NCBI GenBank assembly: GCA_964188305.1
Contig: OZ076886.1
DNA length: 64,000 nt
Direction: 5' to 3' (one strand)
DNA from: Podarcis bocagei
Lineage: Eukaryota
The stretch's first letter is position 1. Each line of letters begins with the position of its first letter. The position numbers were made by a program, and so were the translations under genes. Below are positions 13,051-25,819 of this stretch, piece after piece. The notes beneath the pieces are model-generated. The model was not told the DNA's origin, ran no database searches, and saw only the letters and a program-made list of their open reading frames with translations.

Positions 13051-14458
13051 ATAAACATATCTCAGTGGGTTTCAATTTTTAATCCCCCTTCCTTGTTTAA
13101 TATAAGGAGAAGTGTAGGTCATTTCTTCTTATTGTTTTAGCCAAAGTTCTGGAAGGCAGCACATGTTCTTGGGTAGAATACTTGGTAAGCGGTAGCGGAG
13201 AGAGGGACATTGCCATTTTGTTTGTATGGGTGATTAATATGGGCTAAGAGGTGATCAGGGCAACCAAGCTCAAGAAATTAATCCTGGAGCTGCTGCTGAT
13301 GTGCAGTGTATCATTATCAAAGAAGAGGCGCTCTCATATTGAAGGGCACTATGCTGTCCTTCAGAGCCTAATGCTAGCACATCCTGGGGCTGACCATGAG
13401 GCTTCCCCATACTTTTAGGTTTCAGCAAAGGCAAAATGGTCCAGTTTTACCTTAATATACAAGATGTCACCAGAGCTCAGGTACAACCAAGGATAGAAAT
13501 CAGCATCCCAGGCAACAAATTTTGTCGTCATCACTAACCAAAATCTCAGCAATCCCTTGCAGCGGTAGTCATCTCATTAGAACGTAGCATTCTTTATCTG
13601 AACTTCTTATTGGGTAAGCTGAGGTCATTTTGATAAGAGACTGAACCTTCATAATGAGTCTCCATAAAGAATCTCACTTACTTGCATTGTTTAATAGGTT
13701 CTGATGAAAACTGGAAACATGTTTTTAAATTTGTTGAGAAATATGTCAGTTGAGCTGCTGTGTGCTTGCAAGCCATCCTTTTGAATTCACTAGAATCTGT
13801 GACATAGTCCCATGTGCCCTGCACATTACAGCAACGTGGTATCTCCATTTTTAGTTGTTTAAGTGAATTGAGACAAGTCAAAGTTTGCCAAGTGTGTGAA
13901 TTCAAACTTGATTATTTGCTAAGGAAAAGGTTTACTTGGATTTGAAAAGCACTATTCATTTCAGCTCTGAAATGCCTTTGACACACATACCCTGTTCTGG
14001 AGAATTTTGGAGTGGAAACACCCCTGGCAGCTACAACTGTAACAGCATAATGAATACAGTTGCTCTCATCCCAACTTTTGCAGACCACACTTGCTTTTCT
14101 TTTTTAAAATACATTTTCATTTGCAATGACAGCAGCTTTATCTCTTCTGGCATATATGCTGAAGAATGGTGTAGGGTAAAATTCAGTCAGCTCTTAAAAA
14201 AAAAAGTTAATAAAGTGCTCTTGTTAGAATGATGGTTAACAGTGTACATTTCGCCATACAGCTACAAGCTGTGCAATTTGACTTAAAGCGACATCAAAAG
14301 CCTATGATGCCAAAGACCCACTCATCAATAGCACCTCTTGTTAGAGTCGTACAGTCTAAGCACTAGTTATTATGTGAAATAGCTGTGCAATTTTCTGCAG
14401 CTCCCAGCTGTTATTTAAGATTCTGGGTTTATTATACTCTGCGCTCATCTCATTTTAA

Positions 14459-14752
<294 letters not shown>

Positions 14753-17034
14753 TGAGAGGGTCAGTGTCTTCTCTCTTTTACCCCAAGGAGTACTTTGCTC
14801 AGTACTGGCGCATAGTTTTTAAACATTTGGGTAATTCCAGCAAAATCAGTTCATGCATTGAGTTTTGGCTCAAATGCTTACTGTGGGCAAGCTCTTCCCA
14901 TCAAATGTATGGATATTGTTAGTGCATTTGAAAAGGCCATGGGCAGGATATGTAGAGAATTAAATTGTGCACAGAGTGTTCTATATGCCCAAGAAAGCCC
15001 AGTTCTCTTCTATGATGCAGAGGAAGCACTTTAGGCTCTTGGAGTTTCCCAGCTGTGAGGCACATGGGAGACCGGTGCACTCTTTGCAAATTCTTAAATA
15101 ACTGATTCGCTTACTGTGGCACATTGTAGCTGTCACATGACAGTTGCAATGATCACATGGTTGTATGAATCGGGTCTTGTGTTTCAAGAAGCAGAACCGA
15201 ACAAAATGGTCTGCTTTTTTTAAATAAAAAAATGGGGCATAATCAAAATTGGTTTCCTTGTGTTATATTTTACATACTGTGATTTAGGGCAAGATTAAGA
15301 GATGGGTTAGTTTTCTCCTCTTTGTCCCATGGACAGAGTCTTAGGTTGTTTCCAGACATCCACAGAAGCCCTCACTTGATTCGTTTGAGGATTATGTTGC
15401 CAGACTCAAAAAAGAGGCAAGGTCAGGTTTCAGTAAACCAATCTTCAGAACAAAATCATATGTTAATATATTTACACGTCCCTCCTATAACTGAGAGCCA
15501 GATTAGGACATAGAGTACTTTCTTGTAGCTACCTGGATATTCATTTAAAACTGAATCTAAAAATTCAGACTTTCATCATAGCCTTGGTCAAATGACCATT
15601 TATCACCCTGATTCTCTGGCAATGAGAAAATAAAATTTTATTTATTTATTTATTTGAAACACATCTGTTCTGTCATTCTTCCTTAAAAGGAAACCAACAT
15701 AGCTAACAATCCATAATGCAAGACCTTAAAAAAATGCAAAACATGGCCAATAAATTCTTACCAGCGTATCAAAACCACATAAGTCAATAAACATACAGTA
15801 CTCATCACCTGCACACACTTCCCTCAAGAGCTCTGAAACAGAAATGTTATACCTGTCCCTTGAAAAAGACGTGGGTGGGTGTGGCAGATGTTCTTTATTG
15901 GGAAGCCAATCCAGAGCCTTGGGCCACCTGTCCATAGTGACTGCAAATCTAGTCTCTGCTTGTAGTGGCTCACCTGGAAGATGCCAGATGCTACAAAAGG
16001 CCTAACAATTGAAGTGTTTGGGTTTGGTCAGTGGCACTGGCAGAAAAGCTAACATGCCAAATCTACATGGCTAAAGGAAGGACAAGCCCCTCTATTTTTA
16101 GCATGGCATGGCAACTGTTTATATCTTACATGAGACAGGAGCAGCAGGCAAGGATTCCCCGACATTCTCATGGTGGTCTTTGGAGAAAGCTCCTTGATTA
16201 GGGTATATTCTTGTATGCTATTTGTATGTATGGCGTGACAATGTATTTTCCTTTCGTTCATAATATCCTGAATGCTCGTATGGATGAATAACGCAAATGC
16301 AACAGTTTGCAACTGTTCTTGGTTTTTTATTTCATTTTGAAATATATAATAAACCTTTTTTTTAAAACACACACACATTAAAAACAAAACAAAAGCCCTA
16401 GTCTCTGACAGAAGTGGGATGCTAGCAAGAGGCTCAAATGATGAGACATGCAGGCTCTTATGGGAGCAAGTTGTTCTTCCAGTCACTGAAGGTCTAGGGA
16501 TGTCTGTTGCTGGTAGTTAACTAACTTCCCTGGGCTGCTGAGAATAAATAAAATAAGCAATGAAAAAAACGATATTTAAAAATAGTACCGAAAAACTAAA
16601 AGGCAACTATACAATGTTTGATGGCTGGGGAAACTGTGGTCCTTCAGGTGTTGCAGCATGTCAACATCTGGACGTGCTTCAACATCCTCATCCGTGCTAT
16701 ATATATTAATCATTGCAAATTAATTAATCACCGTGAGTTGTTGCCACCTTAGTCATAAAATAGAGTGTGTAAACTGTAATTATAAGAGCTGGTAGTGGGC
16801 ACAAACAAGGTATATCGGAATCTGCCTACTTGTGTGTGGCTTACTTCACTATCTCATTCCTAACTTCACACAGGTGGGCTGTGATCCTGTGTACCTTGGA
16901 GTAAACCCCACTGTATATAGTTGGCTTCATTCTGACAAAACGTGCATAGGATTGTGGTGTTAGTGAAGCCACAGGGGAAGGTTCAGCCAGATTTTGGTAT
17001 GTGTCTAGGGTGCTGATTCCTCACAATTCCCATT

Positions 17035-17036
<2 letters not shown>

Positions 17037-17081
<45 letters not shown>
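17037..17081. repeat. (GT)n microsatellite
   Basis: Direct reading. Confidence 0.97.
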
Positions 17082-17083
<2 letters not shown>

Positions 17084-18393
17084 GTCTTCTCATGCCTGAT
17101 ATCTAATCCAGTTTTCATGGACGGTCAAGGAAGCTAAATACCATGGAAAAAGCTGCAAAGTGAAAATGGGCTTTCCCATCATTAGATAAATCAGTACTCA
17201 ACAGAAATTCTCTCACCTCAATATTTGAGTGTGATATCATCACACCCTACCATTTTTCTTTGCATACATTCAGAATTACTGGAACAACTTACGTGAGTAA
17301 ATGAAGTTATGCAGAAAATGCATAATGAATCAGGTCCACAAGTTTGCACTTTCTAACCTAAAATTCTTAGCTCTGCAGTGTTTCTTATTATGTAAACATA
17401 ACTTACATCTGTATTTATTTAGCTTTAACTTTTTAGGCTATAACTCATACTATAGATTTTTTCCATCCCTGCCAACAACCTAATTTAATAAACAAACCAC
17501 TGTCATAATTTTTGCCTGATTTTACTAAGGAATGTGCAAACTGTTATTTTATTAATTAGCAAGACGCAAAGCTATACAAAGGATATTTATTCATTCATCC
17601 TTGAAGTGTCCTAACATAGTCCTTCAAAGCCTGCTTTTTTATTTTTTAAGGAGATATTTTCCCCCTACAAGGAGGCCACATGAATACCTGCCAGTTACTA
17701 AGACAGCGCTAGATTCCTTCAAGCTTGGAAATATTCCTGTTCTCACACTTAGAGCACAACTATCTGCTCTAAATATTTCCCATACTTCCACCCCATGAGA
17801 TGAGGTAATGTTTTGGGGAAAGCAAAGGAAATCGTACTTTATTATAGCGGTTTTCTTGACAGTTCAGCTCATGACAGTCAACACCAAATGCTGTAGTTCT
17901 ACTATTATCTTCTAAAACTAGAATTAATGTTTCTATAGCCACTCTCCAAATGTTTCCCATTTACTTAGTTGAAACAGTTTGGAAGTCCTTGGGGAATGCT
18001 CACCTTTTTAAGAGACCATTGTGCTGGAGAAGTAGCTTACTTCAGGGTTGGCTCAACAATTAAGCAAAGTGAGCTGGCTGCCCTAGACACCAGATGTTGT
18101 GGAGGGTAGTGGCAGCCCCTCTGGCCATTCACCCAGAGCCTTTATGCCAGCAGTGGGAAGCCTTTGTCTCTCCATATGTTGTTAGCCCCATTAGCTGCAG
18201 CCAGCATGGCCAATGGTCATGGATGATGAGAGGTGACCAACGAAATCTAATATCCAGAAATGGTCCACAGATTTAAGATTCAGGACAGGGAATCCTGTTC
18301 TCATAACCACAGGATATTGTGGATCTCTTTCCAAATATAGTCTTGTGTAGAAGAGTGTTTCTGGTGCAATGTGTGTTATTAGTTTATTATTAC

Positions 18394-18395
<2 letters not shown>

Positions 18396-18449
<54 letters not shown>
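18396..18449. repeat. (TTA)n microsatellite
   Basis: Direct reading. Confidence 0.97.
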
Positions 18450-18450
<1 letters not shown>

Positions 18451-18555
18451 GTAGCTGAAGAGTAAGCAGACTTACATGTTTTACAATTAGAACTATTTTT
18501 GTTACTGTTGCCTATATAGTACTGAGCCAATCATACAAGGTGTCACCTTCTAGAG

Positions 18556-18681
18556 CAGCCTTTCTCAACCTTTGGTTCCTAGATATTGTTGGACTGCAAC
18601 TTCCATAATCCCTAGCTAACAGGACCAGTAGTCAGGGATGATTGGAGTTGTAGTCCAACAACATCTGGAGACCCAAAGCTG
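18556..18681. mobile_element. hAT-type palindromic MITE (uninterrupted relative of 36299-36821)
   Basis: CAG...CTG ends, internal inverted arms gttggactgcaacttcc / ggagttgtagtccaac, degenerate 8-bp TSD ttctagag / tcctaaag. Confidence 0.7.
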
Positions 18682-19512
18682 TCCTAAAGGACTCTTTTTG
18701 CCCTCTCAGTTTGGTGCCAAGGATTTCATGTGTCAGAAATCTGGTATGCTTTAGGGTTATCCAGCCTTTTTTTCCATTTACAGTCCACTTGTCAGTCAGT
18801 AAAAAGGAAAGTTACTCTCAGTGGTTTATCTCAGTGTAATCAAAATCATGCTTTTACATCCACCAAGTTCTTGATACATAAATAAATAAATACGTTACTC
18901 AACTAAATGTTTCAATATTTAAAAAGTAATAGCTGGCAAAGGCTAAGCAGCATTGTGTGGTACAGGCAGGGTAAACCACAGTAATCAGTGGCTTGCCATT
19001 GTTATTATGGGTTACTCAGTTAATAGTTTTTTTTTCTTTTTTAGAGAGAGAGGAAGAAATTCTGCTTGATTATTTCAAAGCTTATTTAGATACATTAAGA
19101 TGTTTACAGAGAAACCAATGTACCCAAAATCAATATTGACCTCCAGGGTTGTAGCTTTATAAGGAAAACTCCCCCCCCCCACCACCACCAAAAAACCCAA
19201 AACAAGCCCAGACCAAAAGACATTTGAAGGAAAGTGGTTACGGTGCAGAATTTGCCAGATGAAATAATGTCTTTAGCACCCTACCCACCCAGTCCCAACA
19301 GAGGTGGGTGTGAAATGTGTAGAGACTTAGGCCTGACTCTCTTCTGTCCTGCCACAGAAGTTTTGTGTGCCATATTAACAAGTCACTGTAGTACCTTTTT
19401 TTTTTCTTTAAGGGTGAAAGAGATCATATTAGTTGTAAATAAATTCCATAAGTATATGAGTTTAACTAGAGCGATATTTTTGCTTTCTGGGGTGGATTCT
19501 TTTCAAGTGTGT

Positions 19513-19543
<31 letters not shown>

Positions 19544-20715
19544 TATTTATCTATCAAATTTATATGCCAGCTTACAGTAAAATCTTATTAATGAGATAAG
19601 TTAAAATGCATAAAACAACTTTTTAAATGCACTTATGCTGCACCACCACTCTTGTATTTGACAGTTTTATATTAAGGCTGCACTGTGAAGTGGTGTTAGG
19701 AGTTGCTTTGTTAGCCTGGTGCTATTACCTCCTTTGAGTAATATTTTGACAACTATGCACCAAAGCAGTTATTACCTACAGTGATTACTTGCTAGAATGC
19801 AGTTTGTCCTTTGACTGTATCCCTCTAGGCTGCTCTATTCACAGCTCCCAGAAATTCTTCTGTAGGTATCCTCACTTCGTAATCTGTTCAGGCAGAATTT
19901 CATTTCCTCATAGCTGAGGTTGACTTCAAACAGCCAAGGCAGTGAACGAGGTTGTAAAACCACCATGGGCTGCGTTTTGACAGTCGTAAAATGTGTGTGT
20001 ATCTCCTGACATGCTATAGACTACTACATAGTATAGGCGCGATCATGGCTTATCTTCTCCTGAACTAGAGGGACCTCAGCAGTAAAATGATGCGACACTT
20101 CAGAGGAATTCCGGAAAAGAATGAGCTGCAACCTCTTCGCTGGTGTCAGTGTTGTAGCCACTATCTCACCCCTTGGTCTGAATTCTCTGATAACCACAGT
20201 TCACTCGTCTGTAACTAGGGGATGAGGTTGCAATGTCTTAGCAAAACGTGAGCCTGATTAACTCTCTCTTTTTATATAAATTAAGCACTGACTAGAAGAG
20301 GATATAGATGAATATAAACATCTGGGTGGAATTAAGACAGCTAGGAACACTGTTGTAGCCAGTGGAGGCTTGTCCAGTGAGGGCACTGTCCCAGCAGCCT
20401 TAGTCTGCCCTCAGGCAGCCTTCATCTTCCTGCCTTCTTTCTCACAACCAGTTCAGAGAGCTGCTCTGCCAGTCATTGGCTCTGGATTAACCTCCTGCTG
20501 GTCTTCTTACCTTTCCCCCTGTCAGTTTCAATGGGCACTTGCTACCGCTGGTTATCACTGCTAAAAAGCTTGCCATGTGGCATCTGTAACCACAAGGATA
20601 ATTATCTGTAGCTCATGACCCCATAGTAGACCCCAGTGCTACCAGGCAATCAGCGCCCTGGATTGTCAAATGGCTGCAAGATGTAAGCAGACATTGTTTT
20701 CCATTTCACCTTGTA

Positions 20716-20957
20716 CAGTGGTACCTCGGGTTACATACGCTTCAGGTTACATACGCTTCAGGTTACAGACTCTGCTAACCCAGAAATAGTGCTTCAGGTT
20801 AAGAACTTTGCTTAAGGATGAGAACAGATATTGTGCTCCGATGGCATGGCAGCAGCAGGAGGCCCCATTAGCTAAATTGGTGCTTCAGGTTAAGAACAGT
20901 TTCAGGTTAAGTACAGACCTCCGGAACGAATTAAGTACTTAACCCGAGGTACCACTG
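20716..20957. mobile_element. Tc1/mariner (Tigger/pogo-like) MITE
   Basis: TA TSD; TIR CAGTGGTACCTCGGGTTA / TAACCCGAGGTACCACTG; four related copies in the window. Confidence 0.9.
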
Positions 20958-22399
20958 TATTTGGTCACTTGCAGCTCTGTTTCTGATCCTTTGCAGTTCG
21001 CCTTCTGCCTTGCTGTCTGCTGTGGTCAAATTATGCAGCCGATGTAGTTTGTGCAATTAATTATGTAAATTAGGTAATTACATTGTCACTATATTATTCC
21101 ACTCCATTATATTATTCCACTCCATGCAAAGAAAATGCAGTTCAAATTGGGGGGGGGGGGTAATCCATTCTGTATCATTTGCGGATGGAAAGGAACACCA
21201 ACAGGAAACATGGATAGAACTCACTGGATTGATTTCCATTTTGAACAGGGGACAAATAACTGAACACTGACAATTTCCACTCCTGCTTCTGTTTTCATTG
21301 GAATCCCCCAACATCCCTCATTGCAAAGGAGTGGTGGTACTGGCCCTGTGTTATCAGAGGCGACAGATATCACAGACCACCTCCTCCAGCCTGGCCCAAT
21401 GACTTGTGGCAAGCTTTCTAGTGGCTAAGAAAGCAATCCATAGCTGCTGAGCACACTACAAATATTATAGTCACCTAGAGGCTTTTTTGAAGCATTCTCC
21501 ATGTTGGGGCCGTGACACGTGTATCAGCCCTAAGTAAGCTGGGGGGAAGTTGTCAGGCAAGGAAAGAACATGGAAATGGGCCATGCATCAGATTTGCAAA
21601 AGCAGGCAAGGTGGCAATAGGAAACACAAAATAAGTGAGCCCACAGTTCCCTTAGTGTAAAATAAAGATGTTAGTGCTGCTCCGGCACATGTTGAGAAGA
21701 TAGCTCAAATCTTGCATTTCCACCAGATAACAAAGCAGTGGCGTTCAGGTGAAATCCTGCTTCGTTCAGTGGGGGACCAGGTTTCACCGTAGATGTGTGC
21801 AAAGTTTTATCAGCACGCTCAATAGCCTCGCTTCAAAGTAATTTCCCAGCCTGCAGGTTGTATTTATTTGAATTTAAAGCCAATTGCACAATTGGTTTGT
21901 CTCTTTTTCTCCCCCTCCACGGCATAATGCAGTAGCCTCAAAATTATAGTGCTAGGGACCCTGTCGGCTCGCATGCTCTAACACTTTATTATCTAATGAT
22001 CTAATATGCAACAAGGCAAAGAGGAGGTGCTCATCACTCTGACAGGATGCCTAAGAGAAGTGACTAAATTACTTTATGTACCATTAGCGCTAGCAGCCAT
22101 GGTGAACTCACCGTGAGCATTTATGCAAATACTCCTGAATATATTCAAGTGGCCTTGTCAAGCTGACAACTGACAAGGAGTTTAAATGGCTCTCTCTTCC
22201 TTTTTTTTTTAAGGGCCAGGGCTGTGCTTTATTCCTTCTCACTTTCCCCCTCTACCCTGCGCAATTACTGGATCTCTTTGGCAACTGCTTTGATTCTATA
22301 TCAGTCTCAACAAATAGCAGAAGCCAAAAAGGCAGTGGAGTGGTGGGTGGTGGGATAGCCAAGCCGGCCTGTGTACATTTTTCATATGGTAAAAGTACA

Positions 22400-22630
22400 C
22401 ATAGAATCATAGAATCATAGAGTTGGAAGAGACCACAAGGGCCATCGAGTCCAACCCCCTGCCAAGCAGGAAACACCATCAGAGCACTCCTGACATATGG
22501 TTGTCAAGCCTCTGCTTAAAGACCTCCAAAGAAGGAGACTCCACCACACTCCTTGGCAGCAAATTCCACTGTCGAACAGCTCTTACTGTCAGGAAGTTCT
22601 TCCTAATGTTTAGGTGGAATCTTCTTTCTT
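22400..22630 (-). mobile_element. CR1 LINE 3' end
   Basis: catagaatcatagaatcatag terminal octamer repeat; minus strand reads [42 protein letters not shown], typical of the CR1 ORF2 C-terminus. Confidence 0.9.
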
Positions 22631-22742
22631 ACAGGTATGGCAAATTAATGGGTCATTACAGTGGTGGAACTACATTTTGGGGGCCCTTAAGCTTGAAGCC
22701 TCTGGGTATAGGGCAGTATATAAATTCAATAAATAATAATAG

Positions 22743-22743
22743 C

Positions 22744-22807
<64 letters not shown>
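22743..22807. repeat. (AAC)n microsatellite
   Basis: Direct reading. Confidence 0.97.
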
Positions 22808-23164
22808 GACTGTTATGAGGACCCCTTTGCAACCAATAATGAGGTCTGTTATCTTCTTCAATGGGATTGTTCCATGACAGATCACCATATTTTTTAAAAA
22901 AATTATATCTCAGATATTGATTTAAATTGCTGTACTGGATTATCTCATATGTCAAAGTCGCCGGTGTGAATAAAGATTTCCTATGCCTTATAGGTTTTTA
23001 TTCGTGTGACTCAAATTGGTTCTAATAGACCCAATTTTTTTAAAAAAATGTGGACTAAAATCACTTCTGGAGCCTCTTCATTAGTTTCATAGTAGATCCG
23101 CCCTGGGCCATTCTATTGGTCCATTTTAAATACTGCAACTTTTGAACATTTTTCCTGTTCCTAA

Positions 23165-23324
23165 GCTCTAGCTCAGCGGCAGAGCATCTGATTTGCATGC
23201 AGAAGGTTCCAGGTTCAATAGGGCTTGGAGAGATCTCTTTCTGAAACCCTGGAGATCTGCTGCCATTCAGTGTCGAAAGTACTGCGCTAGATGAACCTAT
23301 GGTTTGATAAGGCATGTTCCTATG
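23165..23324 (+). mobile_element. tRNA-derived Squam3-like SINE
   Basis: A box tagctcagcggcagagc, B box ggttcaat, 3' ttcctatgt end; related copies at 43859-44076 (+) and ~49495-49640 (-). Confidence 0.7.
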
Positions 23325-23464
23325 TAATTCCCAGGGTCTGGCCAAAATAGGATCAAGGATACATCTGACTATTGGGTATTTGGTTCAGTTACGGTATATG
23401 ATGCATTGAAGCCATATATATTTATTTTATCAGTTAAGTTTCACACAGAACCTATTTACAATAT

Positions 23465-23688
23465 TTGTTTATTACATTTATATTGCACCTTTCCTCCAGT
23501 GAGCTCAGGGTGGCATACATAGATCTTGTTCCCCCCATTTTATTCATACAAGAACCCTGTGAGGTTTGTGAGGCTGAGCGTGAGCAGCTGGCCCAAGGTT
23601 ACCAAGTGCGCTTCATGACTGAGTGGCGATTTGAACACTGGGCTTCCAGGTCCTCATCCAGCACTCTATCTGCTATACCACACTGGTT
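23465..23688 (-). mobile_element. MIR/CORE-like SINE
   Basis: aaccctgtgagg...tgaggctgag...ggcccaaggttacc...gatttgaac pattern typical of CORE-SINEs read on the reverse strand; A-rich tail on minus. Confidence 0.65.
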
Positions 23689-24394
23689 CCAATATACCAT
23701 TTTTTAATGAACTAATGCTATGGCTAGGAGGCAGAGGAGGATTACCACCACCAGCAAAAGTTATCCTCTCTTTGGACTTGTGCATTAACATTTCCTGTAT
23801 TCACTAAGTTCTGGAATAGACTCTGAAATAGATACTAAGTATTAGAACAGGCTATGAAATAATGATTCATTTGCCTTAAACCTTTTACACCAGACTTGCA
23901 GATTAGGTGGGGATGATGTTCCAGGGATAGTACATAAAGCCAAAGTTGGTTGCAATGGCAGGTGGGATTGCCAAAGCCCCTCCCCCCTTTCCACCCCCAT
24001 TGTCTTTTTGTTTAAGCAACCCAGCGCATAAAGCTGAATGTGCGCAAGTTCAACGTGCATAAGTTGTGACTCTACTGTATAAACTTTCAGACATATGACC
24101 TATAATATCAAGGCTGCACTGAAATTGCAAACCAGGACTGTTATTTTAAAGAATAGTCAGATCTCCTACATACGTCTTTGGGAACAGAGTCTGGAATTAT
24201 GTTACATTCCACCATAGTATGTCTCTACATTGGCTTTGTTTAAATCATTGTGGATGCTGAATATATTACTACTGTGATGAAAATTTTCCCCGCATTTCCT
24301 CCTGCACACAATTAACCATCACTTACTTGGAAAATACATTTTATTTGAAAATTATCAAAGGGAAGTTTTGTGTTTGTGTATTAAAATTCTCATA

Positions 24395-24520
24395 GGTAAG
24401 GTACATGGTTTTTGTTGCAGCTAAAATAAAAAAATTCCTTCCAGTAACACCTAAAAGACCAACTAAGTTAGTTCTTGGTATGAGCTTTCGTGTGCATGCA
24501 CACTTCTTCAGATACACTGA
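24395..24520 (-). mobile_element. Penelope-like element (pseudo-LTR) fragment carrying a hammerhead motif
   Basis: Shares ttccttccagt..cacct...agaccaactaagttagtt.ttggtatga.ctttc.tgtgcatgcacacttctt with 32014-32140 and contains a minimal hammerhead, a hallmark of PLE pLTRs. The family assignment is inferred. Confidence 0.7.
24478..24515 (-). ncRNA. Minimal type I hammerhead ribozyme motif
   Basis: Minus strand GUAU-CUGAAGA-A-GUGUG(CAUG)CACAC-GAAA-GC-UC-AUAC: stem I, conserved core, stem II, palindromic mini stem III, UC cleavage site. Confidence 0.75.
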
Positions 24521-24965
24521 AACAGCTGCCTTCCTTTCAGGGTGGTCAAGCTGTGTTTGTGGGTTCCCTTTTCTTTCATTTTATAATTCATTTTATAATT
24601 CCAGTAATTCTGCAGACTTTCTCAGTGCCCATATCCTCATGTCATCAGCTAGGCTTTTCTGTAAGCATGAGAAGGGGTCTTGCTGTGGACCTCACAGCTT
24701 TATTTCTTTTCTTTTTTTAAAAAAAAAAGTGAAGAGTTTTTCTTACTTTAAAAGAAATGAATGCAGAGAATGCTTCCTTTAAAACCAAAATAAGTGACTG
24801 CCCGGATCTCTGGTGTTTGGTAGGCAGCCTCCCTGTCTTCCTTTACTTCACATAGTTCAGGGCAAGACATCATGGGGTAACACTTACCTTATTTTTTCTA
24901 AATTAGGAAGTGCAAGCAACCAGGGAGGCTGCAGAGTGATGGAAAAAATGTTTAATGAAAAGAGT

Positions 24966-25754
24966 GTTGTTGTTGTTCAGTCATTTAGTCGTGTCCGACT
25001 CTTCATGACCCCATGGACCAGAGCATGCCAGGCACTCCTGTCTTCCACTGCTTCCCACAGTTTGGTCAAACTCATGCTGGTAGCTTCGAGAACACTATCC
25101 AACCATCTTGTCCTCTGTCGTCCCCTTCTCCTTGTGCCCTCCATCTTCCCCAACATCAGGGTCTTTTCCAGGGAGTCTTCTCTTCTCATGAGGTGGCCAA
25201 AGTATTGGAGTTTCAGCTTCAGGATCTGTCCTTCCAGTGAACACTCAGGGCTGATTTCCTTAAGAATGGATAGGTTTGATCTTCTTGCAGTCCATGGGAC
25301 TCTCAAGAGTCTCCTCCAGCTTTGTTGTTGTTTAGTCGTTTAGTCGTGTCCGACTCTTCGTGACCCCATGGACCAGAGCACGCCAGGCACTTCTGTCCTC
25401 CACTGCCTCCCGCAGTTTGATCAAACTCATGCTAGTAGCTTCAAGAACACCATCCAACCATCTCATTCTCTGTCGTCCCCTTCTCCTTGTGCCCTCCATC
25501 TTTCCCAACATCAGGGTCTTTTCCAGGGAGTCTTCTCTTCTCATGAGGTGGCCAAAGTATTGGAGCCTCAGCTTCACGATCTGTCCTTCCAGTGAGCACT
25601 CAGGGCTGATTTCCTTCAGAATGGAGAGGTTTGATCTTCTTGCAGTCCATGGGACTCTCAAGAGTCTCCTCCAGCACCATCTCCTCCAGCACCATAATTC
25701 AAAAGCATCAATTCTTCGGCGATCAGCCTTTTTTATGGTCCAGCTCTCACTTCC
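24966..25754 (-). mobile_element. BovB (RTE) LINE 3' fragment, outer element (24966-25320 + 25681-25754)
   Basis: (CAA)n tail; GSESWTIKKADRRRIDAFELWCWRR...LKLQYFGHLMRREDSLEKTLMLGK BovB ORF C-terminus; TSD aatgaaaagagt (24954-24965) / aatggaaagagt (25755-25766). Confidence 0.9.
25321..25680 (-). mobile_element. BovB LINE 3' fragment, inner nested element
   Basis: Own (CAA)n tail at 25321; flanked by the direct repeat ctcctccagc (25311-25320 / 25681-25690). Confidence 0.85.
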
Positions 25755-25819
25755 AATGGAAAGAGTAGCCACCCACAACCATAAAAGCAATACAGAAAGC
25801 TCGACTTTCTCTGTGCCTA

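Noticed and set aside
13701-13725. CTGATGA...GAAAC as a sense-strand hammerhead
   Set aside because: No stem II can form between CUGAUGA and GAAA, and there is no convincing stem I.
20716-20957. Recurring cttcaggtta units as a CRISPR-like array
   Set aside because: They are internal subrepeats of a TA-flanked mariner MITE in a vertebrate intron; no regular spacers and no cas genes.
22423-22955. Poly-N, poly-L and poly-C ORFs (also at 34489-34744)
   Set aside because: Translations of (AAC)n microsatellites plus CR1 sequence.
23165-23220. tRNA gene
   Set aside because: The A/B boxes belong to a SINE head; there is no complete cloverleaf and the SINE body follows.
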